Shown in pieces: positions 1 to 14,910 of a stretch of 64,000 nucleotides of DNA. The notes under the pieces were generated by a model that did not search any database, was not told the DNA's origin, and was given only the letters and a program-made list of their open reading frames with translations. A program made the translations under genes and the position numbers. The stretch is taken from positions 1,724,106-1,788,105 of the forward strand of contig NW_002060950.1 of assembly GCF_000150275.1 (NCBI RefSeq). The letters run 5' to 3'. Origin of the DNA: Trichoplax adhaerens. Its lineage: Eukaryota > Animalia > Placozoa. Each line of letters begins with the position of its first letter. Position 1 is the first letter of the stretch.

Positions 1-156
1 ACTAATCGTTTAAGAAATTAATTTAGTGTTGCCAGGTCAAAATTCTCAACTTGAGCCATATTCCAATATAATTTATCAAAATCTTGATACTGCAAGCTTG
101 AATATGAGCTAGTGGATGGTATAGTCATGAACTACTGAAGTCAAAATATTACCCTC

Positions 157-235
157 TTCCACCGTCTACTTTCCCTCTCTCTCTCTTACTATAATCTCCG
201 GGGATTATAGAATAAGAGAGAAGTAGACGGTGGAA
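157..235. repeat. Long imperfect inverted repeat (hairpin)
   Basis: TTCCACCGTCTACTT (157-171) is the exact reverse complement of AAGTAGACGGTGGAA (221-235). Inner arms CTCTCTTA/TAAGAGAG and CTATAATC/GATTATAG also pair. Confidence 0.85.
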
Positions 236-710
236 AATTATATTTGAGTAATCCCTAGTACAATATAGTAGCCGAGAATACTTTGCAAAATTCACCTGGT
301 ATCATTTGACACAATCAGAGTATAATGTCTGAAACATGTCATAACGTTAGTCCTTTCATATTAGCTGTTGCTAGTCATTGGATCGGATTACAGCAATAAT
401 AGCCTGGCAAGCATGATCATAGTTCCTAACACTACCATTTAATACAGCTATTACTATAGGAGTTGAATTGGCTATTGCCAATGACGCTGGTAAGTAGCAT
501 GTTGCTTAGGCTACGATCTTCTCCATCTCCTTCTTCCCTTCTTGCAGAGCTGCAGCTTGGATTCTTCAATTCTACTCGTTAAGAGAGCACTCGAAGGACT
601 TATTCAATACTATCTAGGCTTTAATACCATCTAATTCAGTGCATGTAGCAACCTTGTAGGTGGATCTCCATTGCAAGCAAGACTCAGGTAACACAAGCAT
701 TAAAGCAAAC

Positions 711-3700
711 ATGAAGAAAAAGACTGCCGATAGAAAGCGATTTTCACGCCAATTAAAGGATTGTCCCATCGATCGTCCTTTCGAGGTTAAAAAAACTAAA
801 AATAAACGTCATATCCTTGGTACTAAGACTAAAAATGGCCGATTTGCTGGTTATACTAACTCCAAACTGGCTTTAAAGGTACGTATACAATTCTTCTGCC
901 TAACATTGTCGTATATAGGCAATCGATTGTCTTGTAAGATTCTTGTTATTATGCTTCGGTCTTAATCGAGTTTAATGTCATCGTTTATTCTGTAACTTAC
1001 AACCATTGGAGAGGATAGAATAGGAAGGCAGTTGATCCATGTAAATTGCTCTAGTATCACTAATCATGTTGTTTACCGATGAATGCCGTCATTGAAATGA
1101 AGGTAGCTCTCACCATTGGACTACCTGTTGTCCTTACCGTTGTGATATTACGAAGGGTTGTATAACCGCATGTTGTGATAGAAATAGATTGATACATTAC
1201 TCGAGTATCCGATAATTTCAAAGGTGCAACGGCTATCTGCCATATTCTACCTTCTACTCTGCCAATAGATGCAACAATCTGGATAATATTACGAAACTCC
1301 GCAGGTGTATAGGCGACATTATCCACACGCTTTACAATTCTGTGGGCGTAGAAGTAAGGCGATCACCTAACGTGGGGCTCTTTAATCTCATCATCTACCA
1401 TCAACTCTTTTACCTTGTAGCTATAGATACAGCTATGTAACATTATTCTTTACTGTAACTACTGTAAAACTGATGATCATTCGAAGTAGTACAACAAACG
1501 ATATGAAGATATTCAATCCATTCTACCATCAACTATCATGCCATTTAGGTCGTACGTTAGACTATCCTTCAAAATGGAGATTGATCTCATTGTTACTATT
1601 CGTTAGCTACCAGTTGTCATCATTTTACAAATAATCAACTAGTACTACGATGATATTTATATATATTACGCATTATCTTACTACTAACCAATTAAAGTTG
1701 CTAAGAGGTTATTTCATATGTTCTATGCTGACGTACCAATGGATAAAACCACTGGGGACCATATTACCAAGTCGTTTACGTGATATTGTCCACGTACTCT
1801 ATGATCATCTCATGTAGGAGCTATACAATTACCTAATGTAGGATTTAAATTGGATTATGAGCTATAACAATCACGAAATTCCACGTCTAAGTTGCCATCC
1901 TTCAGCATAATTTAACCATAGGAAGATTTAGTCTTATACCTCGATCATATTCTATAGTATGGCTATCGATGCAACCATTAACATGATTGAATGATGGCTG
2001 TGCGAGTACACTACAAAGACACAGTCTAGATGATTGGATGATTATTTATAAACATCCTATTTTAATATGGATCATTTTACTGATTCAATCTAGCGTAAAG
2101 ACAGACTCAATACTATGATTGAACAACGAACCAAGGTAAGCCCAATTGATAGGAATAGATTGAAAATAAAAGTATCAATAACATCAAAACTATATCCTAA
2201 CGTACAGTACGAGATCGTAATAGCGAATATAGAGACAAAGTAGTAACAGTACAATATCATTAGTTAATACTGATAACTGTAAAATGGATGATGTACCAAG
2301 GTAGAGTAATCATATAAAGCAAGTGTCTATCGCTATAGTATGAACAGTTTTACATTATCATAATCGATTATTATCCTATAGGTTCAATATATTGTTGATC
2401 TATCATGAGCCAAACATAAATTAACCATAATTCATTCTTTTCAATAGCGTAATAAAATTGTCGATCATAGACTGGGTGAATACGATCAATCATTATCAGC
2501 TGAAGATAAAATGATACAAAGATTTGCTGTAGAGAAAAAGGTAAATCAACAATAAATACCATAATAAATCATAGTATCTATTCGATTAGATTATAAGTAT
2601 TTTACCTGCGGTAGAATAATAAAATAATCATTCTGATTATACAGGATGAACATAATTGATTAAATATGTTTGATCATCTTATTAGAAACATCATGAGAAA
2701 GCAGAAGCTTACCAATTAGAAGATTATCAATTAACTCATCTTGGACAGTCATTAGCTGAAGTTGAAAACTTTCAAGAAGATGAAAAATTTAGCTCAGACG
2801 AAGACAACGATAATGGTATTAGCCTTATGATAGCATGAATAATTTAATACTGTAAATCATCTAATTGCAAATCGTAAATCTCAAGTAGCATAATCAATAG
2901 TCAATAATGTAGATGAAATGATTACTAGATTTGATACCCTTTTTAAATTATTTAGCTCAAGATGATAGCGATTTATATTTTGGCGGATTCCTAAAGAAAA
3001 AATCGGAAAGCCAAAGTGAAAGCACTAATCAAGTAAAATTATTTGAAACGTTCACTATCTGAAAGAATGAGTTAATTTTATTCTTCATAATAGCTTCGTC
3101 TACCCTAACATTTAAGCATGTTAGAGTCTGTTCTTTATTTGTATTAAAAGTTATTTTAATGTTAGCCAAAATCGAAGAAAGAAATTATGGATGAAATTAT
3201 TGCTAAATCAAAACAGAGAAAAGTAATGATCATACATCAAATTTATATAACCTCACAGTCAATAGTATTCATCGGTTACAACCAAACTTCTAAACGTCAT
3301 TATTTACTGTATAGTACGAAAGAAAACGTGAGAAGGAGAGAACTGAAAATATGATGCTTAATATTGATGAGGAATGGAAAGAAATGATGCCTGTATTAAT
3401 TCAATCGGTAAGAAATACATAAGATTAATGTGATTAATCCTGAGAAGTTTATTCATTAATATTTTATTTTCTTGTTCATTTCTTTTTTTTATTCAGTCCA
3501 TTAACGCCGCAAATACTACCCGTCAAGAAAATAAGGTGGATTCCTATGATAAATCGGTCAGGGAGCTCGCTTTCGATTTAAAAGCAAAGGTAATATATCT
3601 ATGAATATATTTATTGCACTGAGCTGCCATTCTCTTAAAATTATTTTATAAAGCCATTTGTTAGGTATATGTTTAATTTAAAATTTTTATACCCCTATAT

Positions 3701-6700
3701 TTAGAATGTAAATATAACTATTAAGTACTTATTGGACTAAAAATTTAATTACTAAATAACTAATAAACTAACCAAAAATTTCTTTAAGGGGTATTACATG
3801 CTAATCCACGGCATATACATTCTTATTCCGCCGTTCTCAATAGTTTATGCTTTATGCTCTTCAATATTTTAAAAGATCGTCCCAATCAACTATTATACTG
3901 TATAATTAGGCTACAAGTAGATTAAAATCTGAAGAGGAATTAATCAAGGAAGAAAAAGAAAAATTGGAGCAATTAGAGGTAATTAGGAAAAAGCCTACTT
4001 TCTCTTCGAACGCATTACCGTACCGAATTTTGGAAAATAGATAGCATTGATATCTTTCAGTTAACTACTATATCAATGTTATATTCTATACTGAATTTCG
4101 TACTGTTTGTTACAGGCAGATAGACTGAGACGAATGAAGGGCTTACCCGATACTTCTGAAAAACGGCCCAAACATTTATCTGCTGATGCGATGGAAACAA
4201 AGTAGTTTTAATACTTTTTTTTAAAAATACACTCAAATACTTTAAAAATTACCAGTATATAGGAATTAATATTTAATAAACTCATGTCAGAAAATAAATT
4301 GTCACTTTAATTATTAAACTTAATGTAGTATTGAAGAAATACGAGATAAACGAATTGCATTACGTTACATGGATGGTAAAGCGGTCATCCCAGAAGGTAA
4401 ATCTACCTTGTAATTGTCGACATATTTGGTAGAATTGATATCATCAACGACAATATCATTGATTAGGATACACCGAAGAGGAATTACTGCCTCGATCGAA
4501 AGCGACAACAGTTGATGATAACGAATTAAGTGATCAGGAAGACGTATCAGACGACGACAATGATCAAAACAGCGATGAAGCAGAATCCGCGGAAGAAGAA
4601 GGTTCAGAGGAAGAAGAAGAAGATTTAGAGGAAGAAGAAGAAATTTCAGAGGAAGATAGTGACAGTCTAGAGGATTTAAATTCTGACGAGGATGTAAATA
4701 GTCCACAAGAATCTGAAAATGAAGATTCTGCAGAGGAAATGAATAAACAAGAAGAAAAAGTATGTAGTATATGCACTTTATAGATTTCCTGATAGTTAAA
4801 GGTTGTTTAATGGAGTATTACTCCATCGGCTGCTTAATTTGATGGAGTATTATATAAATTAAATCAACACTTAGAATACAGTTAGCCTTGAAATGAAAGC
4901 TGCTGCAGAAGAGTTACCATATCAATTCAAAGGTATGTTTTCATTTATACGTTATTTATATTGCCTACCGAATTTGAGAAAGGTATAATGTTTGCTTACA
5001 TAATATCTTTACATTGATGGTAATAGCACCAGCATCGTACAACGAATTTAAATCTTTAGTCACAAAAAGGTTTGTCTAATTGGTTATCATGAAATAATTT
5101 TATTAATATACTTTTTTCATTGAAATTTCTAAGATCTCGTTTCTGATTCATAGATCCTTACAAGATCAGCTTACCATTATTGACAGACTTCGAACCCATT
5201 ATCACATCTCATTAGATAGTAAAAACAGGGGTAAATTGGAGGTAATATAAATAGATACACAATTTTTGCCTTTCAACCTTTCAATATCAGATCATGTCAT
5301 TTGATAGATTAATTTGTGCTATCAAATCTACAAAAAGCAAACGATTTGGACAATATCAGTTTTATTTCTGCAGATATACTGCAATATGCGATCAACATGC
5401 TCGTATAATTGTCATCGGATCTGGCTATTATACTGCTTTGATATGTCGTAACTGCTCTACTTACTAAATTAGCACGTTGAATTCTAAAAGTTTGCATGTG
5501 CCATTGCAGGTCCTCTTAGATTGTTTACTACATCATTTAGAGAACATAACTCAAGAATTCACCGAACAAATGTTAAATTCAAATGTACTAGACGGACTAA
5601 TTAAGTAAGCCAAGATCCGATCAATGCTTTATCAACAGCTGTATTTACTTGATAGTGACAATTTGGTATATCATTTTGTTGCAGGCATATTTTTAGTTTA
5701 GCTCAAGTATCTCCACAGTATACAGCAAATTGTTGCTTGCTATTTTTAAATAAGTACGTCAACGAAACTAAAAAAAAAGGTGATTCACGCTTTATGATCT
5801 GTTTTCAAAGATTTACTCTAATTTAAGTAATTCTAGTTTACAATAACAAGTATTTTTCTCCGTTTTAGGTAAAGCTGCATTTCCAGGAATTCATCAGCTA
5901 ATTTTTTTCCGAGTCATGGCAATTATTTTTCCCACTACCGACTATCATCACTGCATTTCGACACCAACCATGCTTTATATGGGGAAACTTTTAATTGAGG
6001 TACGAAAGAAATTACTAGATAACTCGTTTGTACTTCACATTATCATTGTTTTTTCACTTTATATCCTCTCACTATTAGTCCAATGTAGAAAGTCTTACAG
6101 ATATAACGAAAGGACTATTCATTTGTAACAACATACTAGACGTAAGTTCTGTACGAATTGGTATTTTTGCCTTATGTATGCTGAAAGCTAGTGAAAATTA
6201 CCAACAGTCCGTTTATTACTGATTTAATAATTACTTACTACTTTACAGTACGTTTCTAAATCCAAACGATTCGTACCCGAAGTTGTAATATTTTTGACGG
6301 ATATTATCTCTGCTTTCTCAACATTCAAAGGTAATTTGCTGCATTATAAACTGCGTTGCTCTTTCACTCTGCCGTTGCAACCTTGATTTTGCTTTTGCTA
6401 GTTTCACTAATTCAAATAATGTCGATACAATTGACTTAATGTTTGTGGATCTAAGCGATCTCTAGCCAAGATTTGTTAAATTTGTTATGATATCGTGTCA
6501 TAAACATATCTGAAATTTTATATTTTTAAATAATTCTAGATCGAAAATATGAAAATCTACTTCATATCGAAAATTTGGAAAGGTAATAAAATCACTTAGC
6601 TACAGTACATGTTATTATTATATTTATATGGCACGTAAATCGAACATCTGTGATCTATGGCTCAGTTTGTAAGATCTTCTGTAATACTAAATGAGGCATT

Positions 6701-8101
6701 AATGTTTTATGAACTCACTTTTAATTCATTTAGTGCTAAGATCCAGCCTATACAATTGCATTGGTTGAATTCAACGACTTTTTCAGATATATCCATGGAT
6801 ACATTAAGGTTAATGCACGCCTATTTTAGCTTACAATCTACTGTGGTCTCTAACTGCAAATTAACTTTTAACAATGACCTCAAAATGTACTACACTATAG
6901 GCTGTCTCTATTGGCTTTAGCCATTGATTTGCTCGATCAATTCGCGAAACTATATGCTAATGCGGTGGCATTTCCGGAAATTTATCATCGTACTTCTGAA
7001 ATTCTGAATTGGTAAATATACTTTCATATGTATATTAAATAGCAGTGAACGTCAACGAAGATTCATTTGTTGACTATATTAATGTGTATTTTGACGTAGC
7101 ATCGATATTGAAGGTTATCCAGCAGAAATTAAGGTATTAAAAGTACATTTTTAGCTTCCATTTTTATGATTCTCGTAAGGTTGATTTATAGGTTAAATGA
7201 TACAAGATTACAAGTAGATTTATAAATAAAAGATTTTTTCCGATTCAATGCGACGCCTGCAGCTAATATACCCTTAGATATTTTATAATCAATTTATGGA
7301 TAGTAGCTACCATAGACGTACTTGTATATTGTAGAATTGATACAAAACGCCACGCGGAAACGTAATGTTTTCACATTGTCGTTGTGTTATTGCATGATTG
7401 TAGGCTAATTATGAATCGATACAAATGAAAATTAGTAGCAGTATATCAGAACCAAGAAATTATCTTATATTACAAAAGCGTAAACCTCAGCCGCTAAAAC
7501 TACTCGAACCAAGGTTTGAAGATCGGTAAGAAGCAGAGTGTCATATTGCTCACTTAAACTGTATTCCTAAAGGTTTAAGATTTAACTGTTGTTTAATTGC
7601 ATTTCTTCTTGGGTATTTATGTTTTGTAATAGTACGCAAACAAATTCTGAGCGAAGCTACGGAAACAAGAAACACTTAGAAAAAATGAAAGACAGACGCC
7701 AAAATAAGCGAGATCAAAAGGTTTTATCCAAGATTTTCAAATATATGCATAATTTGATCGGAGAATCTGTAGATATGAAAATCATCTAATAATTATAATA
7801 TTTGACGTCTGTTACTTTCACGGACTGTAGAGACTTACACGAGAACTAAGAAGAGACAGTCGTTATGTGGCTATGAAACAGCGCGAAGATCGGCGAATGA
7901 GGTACAGTAAATTTGTAACTGTCGTTGATTTGTATATGAATTACTAAATTATATATTGAGATATTGGTTGTCTGACCCTTGTGATTCCAAATTGATGCCT
8001 CTAAACACAGAGATACCGAGAGAAAGCGTAAAGTGAAGGAAATTGAACATCTACTCTCAAATCAGCAAGCAGAGATGAAAGCCTATAAGAAAAGGAAATA
8101 A
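711..8101 (+). CDS. NOP14: Nucleolar protein 14 (SSU processome), many short exons
   Basis: Spliced exons read MKKK...PFEVKKTKNKRHILG (711-878), RKDRLNTMIEQRTK, RNKIVDHRLGEYDQSLSAEDKMIQRFAVEKK and LTHLGQSLAE. An acidic D/E exon lies at ~4467-4760. Later exons give PLKLLEPRFED, TRELRRDSRY and the C-terminus EKRKVKEIEHLLSNQQAEMKAYKKRK* (TAA 8099-8101). These match NOP14 family motifs and carry GT-AG boundaries. Confidence 0.93.
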
Positions 8102-9397
8102 CTATATCGCTAATTTCTAGTGGTAATCTTATCTTGCAATCATCAACGAAAATACTGTGTACAAGCAATTCGAATTAGGCAACTTCATAAGAAAATATCA
8201 TTTACCTGTAGCCGCTATAAAATAAATAATATGAACTATTTTACGTAATTTTATGTGCTAATAGCCTAACGAATATTTGATAAATAGTTTCATATAACTA
8301 TGATAAAGTATAGAATCCTGAGGGTATCTACGGCAAAGGAGACAAAATGTTGTAGGTGACTTGTCAATCAAGCGAGCACTTGTATAAATCAAAATAACAT
8401 TTCAATCTTGTGGTTCTATTCGATAATAAAGGAGGCTATTATTAACTGTTTTTCATTAGTTCATTGAACATAGTGTAATAATACTATTATAATGGTTATT
8501 TTAGCAGATCAGACATCATTGAATTGAGTTAATTTTCTATAAATACAACAAAGTGATGTTTTATCAGTCAAGTTGTTACTCTATGATATGAAATTTATGG
8601 CATAAATTAGTTACAGTGGTTGGGTAGAAACTGAAGCATAATAACGTAAGCAGATAAGTGTCATGCAAACACCCTCAAACCCTTTGTGCCAAAATTGCGA
8701 ATTAATATTGATAGCTATTCCAAAGTTTTCCATCAAGTTCTCGCCATGATAAATACGGTACTTGAACAACTATGTGGTACTAGCTGTAATTTCAGGCTTT
8801 CAAGGCTACATAATATATTTGAGAGAACGCGAAAGAATTCGATTACTGAGATCATAGTAAAATCACGCACAAGCAGTGATCTTCATAGCTTCTCCAGTTA
8901 ACATGGATAATTACCCTATTAGTTTCTAGTATACCTGTCGAAAGTTCAGTACATAGTTTGCTTTTAGGTAGTACTAAATTATGCTGAATGCTCTAGCTAT
9001 TAACATAAGAACAATTAAAAAGTATGGGGAATAATGCTTTAAGCCATAATTTGATATTGTCTATTGACTAAATAGTCAAATTGCAATTATGATTGCTTGT
9101 CTATTTATCAACATTCACAAAAACAATTAATTATCTATGATTATTAATGAATAAATACATAATTATTTAATTAAAGCAGTTGTACATATTATGAGCAATT
9201 CCTTAGCGACCATTGTCAGTCAACAACGACGCCGTAGATGTTGCAAACAATCTATAATATCAATAGACTCGGATTCTAAATCTGCGAGTGGAAACATTAA
9301 TGATTTTATAACATTTTAGGTCATATTTGATTAATAGTTTTGCTATCTAGATTTATTATTGTGTTTATTTTCAAGATCTTTGCGTACATTAATCAAA

Positions 9398-11927
9398 ATG
9401 GTTCAGCAACATATTGGAAAACCACTTGTTGGCGCTCAAATACCTGGGTAATAGTACTAAAATAAAGTAGTAATATTATTGGCATAGATATGTTTATTGG
9501 AGTTTTAACTAAATCAGTTAGATATAACATCGTTCCTACAATATTTTATGCCATCTTGCATCCTGCATGCAACATGCCATGATTAGTAATATTCTGTTTT
9601 TCTAGTTATATTGATTACAGTAACTCGTTTCCAATCTTAACTATAAGCTTCAAATTTGATCATGGATGATTTCTCCTAAACAGATATCGTGGCTATCGCC
9701 CAAACATTAAATTTCATTGCGGTGAAACCTATGGGAAGTTGACTCATCATCTGTATTTAGTAAGCTAGTAAATTAAGTTGGTGGTATAGAGAAAATATAA
9801 GTAATAACATGACGAAACTTAATAGGAATGAAATGGATAGCTTTTCCAAGATTTACTAATAACGTTGTAGTATAATAATTATCAATAAAATAAGCATTTA
9901 GCTGGTGTACTTCAGGATGTTTGGCTGCTTAATTTTATAGTCTCAGAGCTACATATTAGATAGATTGATTAAGTTCTATTCAAGTTTTATTTTTTTAAGT
10001 CTCTTAATTTATCCAAACAAAAATCGTTGTCTTCATGGTTTATAACAAAATATATCTGAAATAGAAAGGCTTTCAATCATTCCTATTGACGTAGCGTTGA
10101 AAACAAAGAATAAGCTGCCATGCATAGAATTAATTCTATAATCTCCTATTTACAGCTCTATCATGTCGATAAATGTGTTTAACTTCTTTAGCAAATGGGT
10201 AGAAAGTATATAGAAATGTAATTATCGATTTCATAAGTTATAGAGTTGATATTTCGAAATAGGAACAAAAGCCGAGTTCCCAGGCATCAAATCAGTTAAA
10301 GCTACCTAAAATCGATATGAACCGGAAACTATCTATCCCAAGAGGTGGAGATGACATAAAATTAGCCCAGGAAATGGTGCCGGGCTATACAGGTAAGTGC
10401 TACGACGTACTAAAATCAGTATAGTAATATTACAATTATTTTGATACATCTACTATCTACTACAGGCTGCTATTATAAATTTTTATGATTGTAGACTGAT
10501 AATTGCTTTATTTAAGTCTTACTGAAGTGCTAATAGATGTAGTAGAATGTTATGGATATTATGCCTTGATTCTGTCATGTCTGATAGTAGATATGGTTTA
10601 AAGGTAAATTTGCTTTCAAGAGAAAATTAGATAGTCTATGGTCTTATTCTAATTAGGTTACGTCCCCGGTATTAAATATCATTTCGGAGCACGTTATAAA
10701 GATACTGCAGAAAGCTCAATTCGAGATCATATCATAAGAAAGGAGGAAAACCGAGAAATTTATTCCAATTTAAAACAAATGACAGATATGTCTTCAAAAT
10801 TTCATCAACAATCGAATTCTAGTTTTAACAGCGCCCAAATGGCACTAGATAACTTAGTCAAGAATCGAAATCATGGATTTTTAGGTATTTTATTTATATC
10901 AAGCCCTTCTACGAAATTTTTAACTTAATAGTTAGTTTAAATTACGTATGTAGAATAAGAAAGAAGATTTAGTTAGTCCTTACCTGTAGCCAAAATTTAA
11001 AATTACTAAGCAATGTGACGGAGAAGTTATGATGTATATGATTATAAGGTGGTCGAAGAGAGTCCATGCCTCCACCAATACCTGGATACTCAGGCCACAT
11101 TCCAAAAAAAACTGATGGGGGGCTAGGTTTAAGATATACTGATATGACGAAAACTGTATTCGAACATCCTCATTACTTCCCTCCAATACCATCAGAATCT
11201 GTGAATCAAGTGCCAGCTAGGTTATTGATTTATAGCTCTATAATCTTTAGACAATCGTTAGAACCATGATTTAACATTATAAATGTTATCACTAACCGCT
11301 CTTAAATTATTTATTTTAAATAATGAATGGAATCTACTTTCTCTAAATTTGATAACAATCTAATCTCCTATGTAGACCATTTTCGACTACATCAAAAGAC
11401 GCAAATGGTATTTATTCTGACGCTGGAATGATGCCAAACTATACTGGACATATTCCTAGTAAGTGATTCATGTTGTACCATGATTATCAAGGCCTGTGCA
11501 AACTTCGTATAGATGACATTTTCGATTTATTGATCATTAAATCAACATTATATGATCCAGTAATGTAGTGATGAGTTGATATTTCACGATAAATGTTTTC
11601 AATCGCTACTTCTTCGAAAGGGTGCCATTTAGTTTTGGATATAATTAATCACTAAGACAGCTTTAAATTATTCATACAATATTAAACTATCGGTATCAGA
11701 GTGAATAGGCACCCATATGATTCTCCTTTAAGAAGCAAAGCAAGTTTTTATATTCTGCAATCGTAATACTTTATCAAAGCATGTCATTATAATTATACTT
11801 TAATTAGAATACGGCTTAATAAGCAATCGGAGAAGAGTTAATGTTATCTATTTCTATTGTAAAAGAAAATCGGTATAAAATTGGAGGTACCTATGGCCAC
11901 TTAACTAGATCTACAGTCAAAGCATAA
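9398..11927 (+). CDS. FAM166/CIMIP2-family ciliary microtubule inner protein
   Basis: Repeated PGYxG...GxTYG modules across exons: MVQQ...IPG|YRGYRPTLNFHCGETYG, MVPGYTG|YVPGIKYHFG, IPGYSGHIP, MPNYTGHIP|KNRYKIGGTYGHLT...KA* (TAA 11925-11927). Confidence 0.8.
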
Positions 11928-13639
11928 TCCATAGCTTGAGACTAAGCGGAGACTATTCGATCATCAACTGCTATGAATAAAGTGCCATATTCTAGCCGAA
12001 GAGAAGATTAGTGAAATATAAAAAGAGCACTGTTATGCCCAATATTTGATAATTCTTGGTCTACACAAATGGATTCTCAAGTTCGTTAGTGAAAATTGGA
12101 TTTTATAGATGTGTTGAAATGTAGTCCACTTTTAAGTATGACAATTACTCTCCCAGATAGATGTTTAATCGTTGTAGAAGCTTACATAACTATATATGCG
12201 TAATTGAATCAATATTGTAGCCATTATTTTCTATTAATGAATCTTTAAAGATTGGAATCATATACAATTTTTATTAAATTTACATCATACAAATATTCTT
12301 TTAACAGACCATTAGCAATGCTTCAAATTGATTTATAACGTATATCTATAATATCAAGTATTCCCCGAACAAATATTTAATAATTGTTGAAGTATCTATG
12401 CCGTATTTCGTGTACAAGGTGTAAGAAAATTCTACGATGTCATGTATTCTCTTGATTGAACTATTGTAGTAGTAGTAAATATTTGGAATAGTCCCACCTA
12501 ATTTTACATAATACATAGAGTACTCTTTCGATAGAGTTTTAATAGTGGTTAAATTTGTATGTATATGTATCTGGTTTTAATTAAATTATTATTGCACTAA
12601 ATGTTCTTCTAATAGGTCTCTTATAGTGGTTGAGATATATTCTATATATATATATACAAGCCGAATCCACAATAAATTATGAAATGATATATCTGATTGT
12701 AATTGAAATTCTATCCTTCATTCCAAGTATTGCTTGATAGATTTTAATAGTAGTCTATGAGTATACTTAGTTACTGCTAAATTTTATTATACCAAGAACG
12801 TGTAAGCCCTCAGTTTTTAATAGAAACTGAAATTTATGACTATATCGAGTTATAGTTAAATTTATGTTCATCTTTAATAGAGGTTGAAATTTCAACCCTT
12901 ATCGAACTGTAGTTAGATTTTATATTATGTCAAATATCCTCTTGAAGTACATTTAATAGCTATGGTACACTATATAAACGCTGATGAAATAAGGTCCCTT
13001 TACTCAAATCGTACTTAATTAGCTTAAAATTTAATGGTGCTTGTCATTTGCATTGAACTCTCTCATCTATAAATTGAATTTCTACAATAATACCGATAGA
13101 ATTTTATTTAAAACATTAGAGTATCAATACGTAATTGCAAATGAATAAAATATGACCGGTGAATAATTAGCGATACAAAATGATATAGTCATATAATTTT
13201 TATTCATCTTGAAATATATTGAATTAGACGAAAACATGATGACTTTGCTTACTATATCAATTAGAATACTCATTCCATTATGTACGAGTATTTGTTGAAA
13301 TCGGAAATGAATAAACCTTTTCGCATTAGCATGTATTATTAATCAAGACTTTAATATTTAATTAGTTCTAATTTAGTGCAAGTATGCAAAACGGCATATT
13401 CAGTATGAGATTTGGAATTTTTTACTTGACATCCAAGCAAAGAATTTAATTAATGAATGAGTAAGTAATGAAAGATTGATTAAATGATAAGGTAGAATCG
13501 ATTGAATAGAAATTTAATATTGCATTGGTAAAGGTTTCTAACAAATATAATTAATTTTAAAATTGAAAACTCGTATTTCAAATAACTCATGACGAGGAAA
13601 TAAAGGGGGATAATTTAATATAAAGAAATTTACGTAAAC

Positions 13640-14910
13640 AGCCTCTTATTATAAGGATATTCGAAATCCTTTCGAATAGATGAGAAAACTCTATAATAGG
13701 GATAATTTGATGGGAATCAATTATTTTACCTTAAGTTTTCCTTCCTATAAGTAATAAGGATATTTAAAAGCGTACCAACAAATGCAAGATTTCCATAACA
13801 GGGGTAAATCTACAGGAACAGATTTGTAGAAAGCCTACTTCACTACGAGAATGTTAAGATATGTCCGAATTAAATGACGAAAATCTGAAATATTATGAGG
13901 ATAAATTTATACAAACTTTTTCTCATTACGCGCAAAAGGATTACAAAATTTATGCGCATAAATGATGGAGAACACTGTAACGGTAACGAAATAAGTCTTT
14001 CTTGCCGCATGGATGTTTAAAATTTATGCGAATAGATGATAGAAGAACTCTAGAGCAGATAAAATTTTCAAGAATAAATTTATGCAAACTTTCTCTCATT
14101 AGAAGGATATTCAAAATTTATTTGAATAAATGATCGAAGAACTTTAAAGTGTACATAAATTATTTATGGTAATAATGCCATACAAACTCTTTCTTATTAA
14201 AAAATGTTCAAAATTTATGTAATAGATAACAATATAATTTGAAAGGAGAAATTAATAATAAACATAAGTAAGTTTGCGTGAATAAGTTCTTATAAACTCA
14301 TCCTTATAATAGAAATATTCAAAATTCATGCAACTATATGATCTAATGGGAAGAACTCTATAGGGAAATAAATAATTTTAGGAGAATAGGCCTATACAAA
14401 CTTTTTCTTAAAAGGATATTCAAAAATTCATACGAATAAATGGTCTGGGGAAGAATCTTATCGCGGAAATAAACTAGTATACCTGAATGAGTCCTTATGA
14501 GCTCATTTTTATTATAAAAATATTTAAAAATCATACGAATACGTGATCTGATGGAAGAAATCGATAATAAAAATGAATAAATTTAGGGGGACAAGTCTAT
14601 ACAAAACTCTTTCTTTAAAGGATATTCTAAATTCATGCAAATAGATAATCTGAGGGCAAAATTAGTAAATTTCGTGAATAAGTCCTCATAAACTCAGTTC
14701 CGGGTTTTGCTATAAAAATATTTAAAATTGAACAAACAAGATGACCTGATAGAAGTACTTTATAACAAAAATAAATAAATTTAGGAGAGTAAGCCTATAC
14801 AAACTCTGTCTTATAAGGATATTTAAAATTCATGCGAATAGATGATCTGTGCGAAGAGCCACATAGCGGAAATAAATAAATTTTCGGAAAGAAGTCCTTA
14901 TAAACTTATT
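13640..14910. repeat. Degenerate AT-rich minisatellite, ~12 units of ~75-110 bp
   Basis: The core AGGATATTCAAAATTYATGCGAATAGATGA...GAACTCTA...TATACAAACT recurs at about 13653, 13757, 13937, 14011, 14103, 14201, 14311, 14411, 14517, 14618, 14716 and 14815. Confidence 0.8.

Noticed and set aside
1060-1500. Nested ORF or C/D snoRNA in NOP14 intron 1 (TGATGA at ~1471)
   Set aside because: The ORF has no recognisable homology, and there is no suitably placed CTGA D box or terminal stem.
4365-4776. Minus-strand Ser/Leu-rich ORFs
   Set aside because: Antisense shadows of the acidic NOP14 exon.
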